Below are positions 1-6,698 of a stretch of 11,913 bases of DNA, piece after piece; position 1 is the stretch's first letter, and the number at the start of each line of letters is the position of its first letter. The stretch covers positions 1 through 11,913 of the forward strand of contig WJMB01000163.1 in the NCBI GenBank assembly GCA_014728185.1, read 5' to 3'. The translations under genes were made by a program, and so were the position numbers. Under the pieces are notes generated by a model. That model saw nothing but the letters and a program-made list of their open reading frames with translations, ran no database searches and was not told where the DNA came from. This DNA comes from Candidatus Coatesbacteria bacterium (GTDB taxonomy: Bacteria > RBG-13-66-14).

Positions 1-360
1 CGCCCTTGATACCTGCTTGCTGAAAGCTTCACTCGACAAGGCGCCTGGCTGATCCCTAGGTTTTTTAATAAGCAGGGCTTCATGGAACTTGTTCGGACCG
101 AATCAGGGCCGGTATTGGAAAGTTCACCGAGCAGGCAATCGTTGGTTGGATTCGTCCGGCATTGATCCCGGTACGGTATGCGCAACCTTATCGCCTGATA
201 ATGAACCTGTTAAGAGTCGAGCGGCAATTGAATGGTCATTGACTGCAAGCTAATTGGCAGGGGGAGTCATTCTCCGAGCAGCCCTTTTCGCCGCCACTTT
301 TTGGTTGCTGACAAGTGACGGGCACATCTACTGTTACACGCGTATTATCAGCAGGATACA

Positions 361-389
361 TTGATAACCCAGTCCGAACAGGGTATATG
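361..389 (+). promoter_or_regulatory. Candidate sigma70 promoter (TTGATA-N17-TATATG) upstream of the toastrack-like gene
   Basis: Seen in sequence: ttgata (361-366), a 17-nt spacer, then tatatg (384-389). It sits in an AT-richer leader about 85 nt upstream of the ATG at 473, which has a GGAGG Shine-Dalgarno 5 nt upstream. Confidence 0.25.
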
Positions 390-472
390 ATCCCAATCCC
401 GATTATAGTTCGCCGTGCTAAGCGGCAGACAGCCGATCGTAACCGCTAAACCAACCACTTTTTGGAGGAACG

Positions 473-1267
473 ATGAAGCGTCTCCTGATTCTCCTGCTGC
501 TGCCCGTCGCCGTCTTCGCCCAGATGATGGCCGCCTCCGCCACCGACACCCACGTCGTCGAACTCGGCCCCGTGGGAGTCGACATCCTCGTCGTCGAGTG
601 GGACAACGGTCCCGTGACCATCATCGGCGCCGATACCGACAAGATCACCATCGAAGCCGAAGGCTTGCGCAACGGCCGCGCGGTGGACAAGGACGAATGG
701 CTGAAGTACTGCACCTTCGAGAAAGAGGGCGAGCGCGTGGTGGCGGAGTTCGACAAGCCCTCGGGCGGCTCCCTCGAGGTCGAACTGCTGATCACCCTGC
801 CCCGACGGATCGCCGCCGACCTCTCGGTAGGCAACGGCGATATCGAGGTCGAGAAGGTCGCCGCCCTGGAGGCCAACGCCGGGAACGGCACCGTCACCGT
901 CAAGGGCACTCCGGGCGATATCAAGATCTCCTGCGGCAACGGCAATGTGGACATCGAGCTGCCCAAGAGCTACAAGGGCGGCGTGAACGCCGAATCGGGC
1001 AACGGCAACGTGGACATCCAGATCGGGCCGGGCTTCGACGGCGCCGTGGACGCCGAGTCGGGCAACGGCAACGTCACCGTCACCCTGGCCGAGGTGCCCG
1101 GCGGCCTCAGCGTAGACGGGAACACCGGCATGGGCGAGGCCGAGACCAACATCGACGGGGTCAATCGCAGCACCTCGATGATGGGCGGCAGCCTGTCCAA
1201 GTCCGGCGACGGACCTTCGATCGAGGTCAACTCGGGCAACGGCGACGTGGCCGTGCTGGTCGACTAG
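473..1267 (+). CDS. Secreted repeat protein, DUF4097/toastrack-like (putative adhesin fold)
   Basis: Seen in sequence:
- The ATG at 473 is preceded by GGAGG.
- The N-terminus is a Sec signal peptide (MKRLLILLLLPVAVFAQMMAASA) with no lipobox Cys.
- There are at least 6 degenerate repeats of a G-N-G-(N/D)-(V/I) motif about 20 aa apart (SVGNGDIEV, NAGNGTVTV, SCGNGNVDIEL, AESGNGNVDIQI, AESGNGNVTVTL, VNSGNGDVAVLV). This pattern is typical of the beta-helical toastrack/DUF4097 family (LiaG/YvlB-like).
- The DNA-level repeats ggcaacggcaa(c/t)gtggacatc occur in the coding frame.
- The overlapping 291-aa Arg-rich ORF (415..1290) is a frame artefact. Confidence 0.75.
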   Translation: MKRLLILLLLPVAVFAQMMAASATDTHVVELGPVGVDILVVEWDNGPVTIIGADTDKITIEAEGLRNGRAVDKDEWLKYCTFEKEGERVVAEFDKPSGGSLEVELLITLPRRIAADLSVGNGDIEVEKVAALEANAGNGTVTVKGTPGDIKISCGNGNVDIELPKSYKGGVNAESGNGNVDIQIGPGFDGAVDAESGNGNVTVTLAEVPGGLSVDGNTGMGEAETNIDGVNRSTSMMGGSLSKSGDGPSIEVNSGNGDVAVLVD

Positions 1268-1297
1268 TTGACCAACCCCGCCTCGAGTGATGCAAGA

Positions 1298-1327
1298 GGG
1301 CCGCTCCGGGTAAACCCGGGGCGGCCC
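1298..1327. terminator. Bidirectional GC-rich hairpin between the convergent toastrack gene and rnpB
   Basis: Seen in sequence:
- gggccgctccggg (1298-1310), loop taaa, cccggggcggccc (1315-1327). The stem is 13 bp with one mismatch.
- It lies 31 nt after the + strand stop (1265-1267) and immediately after the 3' end of the minus-strand RNase P RNA.
- The U-tracts are weak on both sides. Confidence 0.45.
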
Positions 1328-1334
1328 ATCGTTT

Positions 1335-1785
<451 letters not shown>

Positions 1786-1791
1786 TGGTGT

Positions 1792-1819
1792 AAGATAGCA
1801 CACTGAGCGGATTTGTCAA
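1792..1819 (-). promoter_or_regulatory. rnpB sigma70 promoter (TTGACA-N16-TATCTT)
   Basis: Minus strand: a perfect -35 TTGACA (+ coordinates 1819..1814), a 16-nt spacer, and -10 TATCTT (1797..1792). The -10 ends 6-7 nt before the predicted RNase P RNA 5' end at about 1785. A G8 homopolymer (1820-1827) abuts the -35. Confidence 0.5.
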
Positions 1820-1972
1820 GGGGGGGGCCAATGGACGCTTTCGACGCGCGGCGTTAATCCAGGGGCGGGCCGTCAGCTCGGCCCGTTCCCCGGGTGAGTA
1901 GCCCGGATCAATGCGGGCCGACCTGAAGGTCGGCCCCTACTGATTAATCGTGAAGCTTCTTTGACCTTCCGG

Positions 1973-2003
1973 CACAGGGCGGGCGCGGAGCCCCCGCCCT
2001 GTG
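1973..2003 (-). terminator. Hairpin immediately downstream of the SPFH-like gene stop (candidate terminator)
   Basis: cacagggcggg (1973-1983), a 9-nt loop, cccgccctgtg (1993-2003). This is an 11-bp perfect stem, 7 nt past the TAG stop at 2011-2013 on the minus strand, with no clear U-tract. Two further strong hairpins lie at 1914-1935 (gggccgacc tgaa ggtcggccc) and about 1862-1895. Confidence 0.35.
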
Positions 2004-2010
2004 GAATGGC

Positions 2011-3036
2011 CTACTCGACCAGCTTCTTGCCGCACCCGCCGCAGAACTTGTTCCCCGGGATGAGCTTGGCGCCGCAGTCCGGACAGACCGGCCGCAGGCG
2101 AGCGCCGCAGTTGCCGCAGAACTTGTCGTCGGCCGGGTTCTCGTGGCCGCACTTGGGACAGACGACGAGGCGCTCGGTCTTGCCGCCGGAGGTGCCGCGC
2201 TCGCCGCCCATCGCCTTGCCCATGGTCTCGCCGATGGCCATCCCGGCGCCGATGCCGGCACCCATGCCGGCCATGCCACCGCCGGGCTGCTTGGCGGCGT
2301 CGCCGATGGCCTCGGCGGTCTTGTAGCGGGTGTAGCGGTCCATATCGCCCAGGGCGCCCATGCGGGCGCGCTCGTCCATGGCCTTCTCGACCTCGGGCGG
2401 GGCGGTGATGGCGCCGATGGTGAAGTCGACCAGCTCGACGCCGTAGGCGGTCATCTCACGGCTGACCTCGGCCTTGAGGGCCACGGCGAACTCGTCGTAG
2501 AGGGCGGGCAGGTCTAGCAGGCTCTTGATCTGCTCGCCGAGGAAGTCGAAGGTGCGGCTGACGATGATCCCGCGCAGGAAGTCCTCGAGGACGCCGGAGC
2601 GGATGACCCCCTGGGTGCCGGCGTACTTGTTGACGAAGAGGCCGGAGTCGGTGATGCGCAGGGAGTAGATGCCGTGGGCGCGCAGGCGGACGATGCCGAA
2701 CTCGGCGTCACGGAAGGCCACGGGCTGCGGGGTGCCCCACTTGAGGTTGGTGAAGACCTTGCGGTTGACGAAGTAGACCTCGGCCTTGAAGGGGGTCTCG
2801 CCGCCGAAGGGCAGCTTGAGCAAGCCGCGCAGCAGGGGGATGTTGGCCGTGGTCAGGGTGTGGCGTCCGGGGGAGAAGCGGTCCAGGGCCTGGCCGTCGC
2901 GGTAGAAGACGGCCTCCTGGCTCTCGCGGACGATGAGCTGGGCGCCCCAGGCGACGTCGCCGGCGCCGTCCCGGGGCACTCGCTCGCAGATGACATCGCC
3001 GGAGTTGTCGAAGGATTGCAGGACCTCGATGGCCAT
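2011..3036 (-). CDS. SPFH/Band-7 superfamily protein (Band_7_1, YdjI-like) with tandem C-terminal zinc ribbons
   Basis: - Start: ATG at 3036..3034, preceded by AAGGAGAAACA (Shine-Dalgarno 7 nt upstream). The ORF-track extension to 3207 is upstream leader.
- N-terminus: MAIEVLQSFDNSGDVICERVP...GAQLIVRESQEAVFYRDGQALDRFSPGRHTLTTANIPLL matches the conserved opening of Band_7_1 (PF13421, YdjI-like) proteins.
- Linker: Gly/Met/Ala-rich (GGGMAGMGAGIGAGMAIGETMGKAMGG).
- C-terminus: two zinc-ribbon units, CPKCG...CGNCG and CPDCG...CGGCG. Confidence 0.75.
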   Translation of the reverse strand: MAIEVLQSFDNSGDVICERVPRDGAGDVAWGAQLIVRESQEAVFYRDGQALDRFSPGRHTLTTANIPLLRGLLKLPFGGETPFKAEVYFVNRKVFTNLKWGTPQPVAFRDAEFGIVRLRAHGIYSLRITDSGLFVNKYAGTQGVIRSGVLEDFLRGIIVSRTFDFLGEQIKSLLDLPALYDEFAVALKAEVSREMTAYGVELVDFTIGAITAPPEVEKAMDERARMGALGDMDRYTRYKTAEAIGDAAKQPGGGMAGMGAGIGAGMAIGETMGKAMGGERGTSGGKTERLVVCPKCGHENPADDKFCGNCGARLRPVCPDCGAKLIPGNKFCGGCGKKLVE

Positions 3037-3148
3037 GGGTGTTTCTCCTTGTGAGCGCGGCAACCGTTTGGACGGCGGCGGGTAGTCTTTTGCTGGGCTG
3101 CGTGCCGCCGCGCCGAGGTAGGGTGAAAGGCGCGGGCAAGCCGGTAAC

Positions 3149-3177
3149 AGAATAGCAGAGGCCGGCGGCGGTGTAAA
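3149..3177 (-). promoter_or_regulatory. Candidate sigma70 promoter for the SPFH-like gene (TTTACA-N17-TATTCT)
   Basis: Minus strand: TTTACA (+ 3177..3172), a 17-nt spacer, TATTCT (3154..3149). This would give a 5' UTR of about 105 nt. There is no other support. Confidence 0.25.
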
Positions 3178-3430
3178 TCGACGGGAGACGTTTGGTTGAA
3201 AACACAACGGAAAAGCAACGGCGAATCAACCGAACCGGCAAGGGGCGAAGTGCCGACCGAGCCGCCCACCGGGTGAACATACACCGGATTCCCTCGCCGT
3301 CGCTCTCGCCCTTGTTGTCGAACGCGCAGGGAACTCGTCCGACAGCCTCACCAGCGGTCTAGCGTTGTCAACCAATCACGCGCGTAATCGCCGAGGCATT
3401 CAAACATGGACCCGCCCAACCACCAGCATC

Positions 3431-3874
3431 TCATCCCGTCGTCCCGGCGTCGTCTGAGCCGTCGGCGGCATCATCCCGCCGGGTGGGCAGGCGCAGGATG
3501 TGGATACTGACCCCGATAAGCACCAAGCCCAACAGGACGCGCAGCCAGAGCTCGGAGACGAAGAAGACGGCGCTGCAAACGATGGTGACGAAGAGCAGGA
3601 CCAGGATGCTGATCTTGAGCCCCCGGGGGATCCCCTTCCCCGAGCGCCAGTCCCGGATATAGGTTCCGGGGAAGCGGGTGGCCAGCAGCCAGTCGTAGAG
3701 ACGCCGGGAGGAGCGCAGGTAGCAACCGGCGGCGAGCAGCAGGAAGGGCGTCGTCGGCAGCACGGGCAGGAAGACCCCCAGCACGCCCAGACCCAGGCTC
3801 AGGCTGCCGCAAGCGATCAGCAGCCAGCGCAGGGGCCTGGATACGGCCCGACCCTCGGCGTCCCGCTCGGCCAC
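3431..3874 (-). CDS. ybaN: Inner membrane protein YbaN (DUF454 family)
   Basis: - Strong match to E. coli YbaN: [36 protein letters not shown]...[24 protein letters not shown], against YbaN [36 protein letters not shown]...YLRFWQ...PRGVK.
- Hydropathy is consistent with 3-4 transmembrane helices.
- Probable GTG start at 3874..3872 with a GAGGGGG Shine-Dalgarno inside the end of the upstream gene.
- The start abuts the upstream stop codon at 3875-3877. Confidence 0.85.
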   Translation of the reverse strand: [147 protein letters not shown]

Positions 3875-4420
3875 CTAGGCCCCCTCGTTCTGATAGGTCC
3901 CGGCGTAACCGGCGGTGGGGGCGGTCAGCCGGAAGAAGACCAGGTGCAGCAACCGCGCCCGGCGGTACAGCACCAAACCGGCGGGGTGGCGGACGATCAG
4001 CAGCCCCTGCCCCCGCCCGGCGTAACCGGCGTCCCAGACGGCGCTGGCCAGCTCGACGCCGCAGCGCAGCAGGCTCGAACGAGGCTTGCCCAGGGCGATG
4101 ACGTCGGCGGGCAGGTTGAGCTTTTCAGCGTAGCGCACCAGGTAGGATCCCGGGTCTAATTCCAAGCGGTCGCCCCGCCAGGCCAGGGGCTCGACGGCGG
4201 GCAGGCGGCGGCGGCCGTTGTCGAAGTCCACCACCCCGGGCTCGTCGCCGGAGAAACGGGCGACCTCGTCCAGGCTCAGGTCGACACCGTTGGGGGTCAA
4301 CTGGCGCTCGGCGTCGGCCAGGTTCTCCAGCAGGGGGGGATCGACGGCCAGCAGGCGGCGCAGCTCGGCGGCGGGCAGAGGTCCGGGGTGAAAGACGGAA
4401 TCGAAGGAGGGCTCGCTCAT
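3875..4420 (-). CDS. dCTP deaminase/dUTPase-fold (Dcd-like) protein, possibly catalytically divergent
   Basis: - ATG at 4420 is preceded by GGGAGA (6 nt upstream).
- Motifs align to Dcd: N-terminal ...TPNGVDLSLDEV (Dcd: gatvDvRLGnkF), KPRSSLLRCG (Dcd: GRSSLARLG), VWDAGYAG (Dcd: RIDPGWSG), LLHLVFFRL (Dcd: LIGALSFEPL).
- The stretch aligning to Dcd VLEFYN is GQGLLIVRH, which has no acidic residue. This alignment is from memory. Confidence 0.65.
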   Translation of the reverse strand: MSEPSFDSVFHPGPLPAAELRRLLAVDPPLLENLADAERQLTPNGVDLSLDEVARFSGDEPGVVDFDNGRRRLPAVEPLAWRGDRLELDPGSYLVRYAEKLNLPADVIALGKPRSSLLRCGVELASAVWDAGYAGRGQGLLIVRHPAGLVLYRRARLLHLVFFRLTAPTAGYAGTYQNEGA

Positions 4421-4538
4421 GAATTCTCCCGATGGATGATCTCAAGGGCGATGGATGCGATAATCCGGCCTTATCGGGACGGTGCTACACGAGCCCGGCG
4501 GCCGGTAATCGACACAGTGGAACCGGGAAGCCCGTTCC

Positions 4539-4561
4539 AATAAGAATGGCCCTCCCGGGCC
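4539..4561 (-). terminator. Intrinsic terminator candidate after the DUF4388-like gene
   Basis: Minus strand: GGCCC-ggga-GGGCC hairpin (+ 4548-4561) followed by AUUCUUAUU (+ 4547..4539). It lies about 35 nt past the stop at 4595-4597. Confidence 0.45.
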
Positions 4562-4594
4562 GGCTGGGGTTAAGCTACGCTGATCGACGGCGTC

Positions 4595-5581
4595 CTAGCT
4601 CCAACGGATCAACGAACTGCGGTTCTCGGCCATGTCGATGTCGGCCCAGAGCTGCCGGCGTTCATGATCGGAGCTCTCGCTGATGATATGGTCGATGAGG
4701 TCGTCCAGGCGCAGCTCGCTGACCAGGCTGCGATGCTTGCCGAAGTACTGCTTGACGATGTTGCGCAGAATGCCCTCGACCTGCTTTGAGTCGAGGAAGA
4801 CGATGATGGCCTTGTAGTAGCGCTCGAGGAGGTCGCCCAGAACCTTCATCGCCACGGCGGCGCGGTTGAACTGGGTGCGCAGCCGGCCCAGCGACTGTTC
4901 GCTGCCGCCCAGCTCCAGGTACTCGAGCTGGGGATGGACGACGATCATCTCGCTGAGCACCTTGCCGAACATCCGCTCCGCGCCGTTGATGGTCATCCGG
5001 GTCTCACCCAGGGCGATGACGAAATCGTCGATTATGCCGCTGAGGATGCGGACGACCTCGAAGGTGCGCACCAGGCGGACGGTGTTGGCGATCGTCAGTC
5101 CGAAGAGCACCCGCAGGGTCTTGATCTCCTCGGCCTCGGAGACCTTGAGAATCTCGGCGATGGTGCGTTCGTCGTCGATCAGGGCCGAGATTTGCATCTC
5201 GAAGTCGTTGAGCTCGGCGATGGGAACGGCGACGTTCTGCGGGATGGCGTAGGGAGAGAGCAGGACCCATTGCATGGCCCGGGCGTTGGTGGTTTCGTGA
5301 GCCCGGTTCATCACCCAACGGAAGGTGCTCAACTCGGGCTTGGTGCTGGTGTCCACCTCCTGGGAGCTGTCAAAGTGGAACTCGCCCTTGACCCGGTCGA
5401 AGATGCCCCGCGAACCATCGCTTTCGGGGTCTTCGGCGGCGTTCTGCAAGCGTCCCCGATCGAAGAAGAACTGGAGGTTCTCCTCCGCGGTGGCGATTGA
5501 CAGCCTGCCGCTGAGCCCCTGGTCGATGATGTGCTGAAACACCGAACCCAGGGCGATCCTGCTTAAGGAGCCTTTGAGCAT
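4595..5581 (-). CDS. Hypothetical protein with DUF4388 (PATAN-like)-type N-terminus
   Basis: - Long ORF with good coding character. The preferred start is the ATG at 5581..5579 (MLKGSL...) with an AGAGGA upstream. An alternative TTG start lies at 5650.
- The N-terminus GSLSRIALGSVFQHIIDQGLSGRLSI resembles the DUF4388 signature (GDLsefsLpDvLQLL...ktGvL).
- I recognise nothing in the remaining roughly 280 aa.
- Amino-acid composition (rich in I, K, E, F) and GC (about 58-60%) differ from the flanking genes. Confidence 0.6.
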   Translation of the reverse strand: MLKGSLSRIALGSVFQHIIDQGLSGRLSIATAEENLQFFFDRGRLQNAAEDPESDGSRGIFDRVKGEFHFDSSQEVDTSTKPELSTFRWVMNRAHETTNARAMQWVLLSPYAIPQNVAVPIAELNDFEMQISALIDDERTIAEILKVSEAEEIKTLRVLFGLTIANTVRLVRTFEVVRILSGIIDDFVIALGETRMTINGAERMFGKVLSEMIVVHPQLEYLELGGSEQSLGRLRTQFNRAAVAMKVLGDLLERYYKAIIVFLDSKQVEGILRNIVKQYFGKHRSLVSELRLDDLIDHIISESSDHERRQLWADIDMAENRSSLIRWS

Positions 5582-5970
5582 CTCGACTGCATCCTCTGGC
5601 TGGCCGATTCTGAGGTTAGGCGGCGCGGTATCCGTCCAGCGGAGCAACAATCTTGTGTTGAGTCGGGATTCAATTGCGCGGGTGAATGCGGAAAACTTTG
5701 TTTATGAAACCGTATCCCTACTATCAAAGACTAGTTTAGCTAAAAGAGCCCGGCGGGGCAAGTCTTTCCTTGTTGTTCCGCAGTGCCCGCTGGGTTGTCG
5801 GCATTGTAAACACCGTTCACGCTGTTTGCCAACCGTGCCGTTGAGGAATGCGGGCAGATGTCTCGACCAGCGCGATTGAAAGGTGGTGCATAGAGGGTCT
5901 GATCGGACCCAGCAAGGTTGCTGGAGTCGGCTTAAAGCGCTCTTAGCTCAAATGCAACCGGCTCCTGCGT

Positions 5971-5994
5971 CAAGAGAAAAGCGGCAAGCCGCCG
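5971..5994 (-). terminator. Weak intrinsic terminator candidate downstream of the MarC operon
   Basis: Minus strand: GCGG-cuug-CCGC short hairpin followed by UUUUCUCUU (+ 5980..5971). It lies about 110 nt past the marC-like stop at 6102-6104. The stem is weak. Confidence 0.3.
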
Positions 5995-6101
5995 TCTCGT
6001 TCGGAACCCAGGTTGAAGGGCCGTCCGCCGATGAAGGCATCTCCCGCCAAGGAATCCCGAGAACACGCTGAGAGCAGACGTCCGCCCGGTTCGCCCAGGG
6101 C

Positions 6102-6698
6102 TCAGACGGCGGCCTGGATCAGTTGCACCACAGAGTCGTAGATCATCTGCAGGCCGATGGTCATCGTCACCAGCCCGGAGAGGCGGATGGTGGCGCTGAC
6201 CACGTTGCGGTTGATCCAGCGTTGCAGCAGCAGGGTCAGGCGCATCAGCCCGGTGTTGAGGGCCAGCACGGACGCGACGACGCCCAGCGAGAACAGCACA
6301 CCGTATTCGGCTGAGATGGTCACCGCCTGGGCGAAGGTGGCCGGTCCGACCACCATGGGCACGGCGAAGGGCACCACACGCATCTCGCTGAGGTCGGTGT
6401 TCTTGCTCATCTGGAAGGTCACGCCCCGGGAGACGCGCAGGTAGCCGATGCCGGCCAGAATCAAACCGCCGGCCAGGCGCAGGGTGGGCAGTTGGACCTG
6501 GAAGACCACGGTGAAGAGAAACAGGCCGCCCAGGGCGATCAGGGCGGTGATGACGAAGGCCCAGAGATTGCCGGTATAGATCAGCTTGGAGACGTCACGC
6601 TCGGGGTGCTTCTCGGCGATGGCGATGATCAGCATCATCTGGCTGATCGGGTTGATGATGATCAGGATGAACAGCATCTGGGCGAGGAATGGCGGCAT
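6102..6698 (-). CDS. MarC family (UPF0056/NAAT) integral membrane protein
   Basis: - ATG at 6698..6696 (MPPFLAQMLFILIIINPISQ...) with a GGGAG Shine-Dalgarno 6 nt upstream.
- About 6 predicted transmembrane segments.
- Conserved MarC motifs: ...NPI... near the N-terminus, and LRLAGGLILAGIGYLRV (E. coli MarC: LRIAGGLIVAFIGFRML).
- The 353-aa ORF in the track (to 7163) is read-through of the frame across the upstream gene. Confidence 0.85.
   Translation of the reverse strand: MPPFLAQMLFILIIINPISQMMLIIAIAEKHPERDVSKLIYTGNLWAFVITALIALGGLFLFTVVFQVQLPTLRLAGGLILAGIGYLRVSRGVTFQMSKNTDLSEMRVVPFAVPMVVGPATFAQAVTISAEYGVLFSLGVVASVLALNTGLMRLTLLLQRWINRNVVSATIRLSGLVTMTIGLQMIYDSVVQLIQAAV

Noticed and set aside
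415-1290. 291-aa + strand ORF overlapping the toastrack-like gene
   Set aside because: It is Arg/Gly/Pro-rich (RRRLRPDDGRLRHRHPRRR...), typical of an off-frame read of high-GC coding DNA. The +2 frame (473..1267) has a Shine-Dalgarno, a signal peptide and ordered repeats.
3225-3245. Possible sigma54 -24/-12 element (GGCACttcgccccTTGC on the minus strand) upstream of the SPFH-like gene
   Set aside because: The GG-to-GC spacing is 13 nt instead of the required 10. It is not a valid sigma54 promoter.
5574-5879. 101-aa + strand ORF with an apparent TAAGGAG Shine-Dalgarno in the AT-rich intergenic region
   Set aside because: The Shine-Dalgarno-like string is the reverse complement of codons G-S-L-S of the DUF4388 gene. 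The spacing to the TTG start is only 3 nt. The product is Ser/Arg-rich without a hydrophobic core. It is kept only as a remark inside the AT-rich-region finding.
6073-6095. GGTTCG motif (cgcccggttcgcccagggc) that might be a tRNA T-arm
   Set aside because: No acceptor stem, D arm or anticodon arm can be built around it. It sits at the 3' end of the MarC gene.
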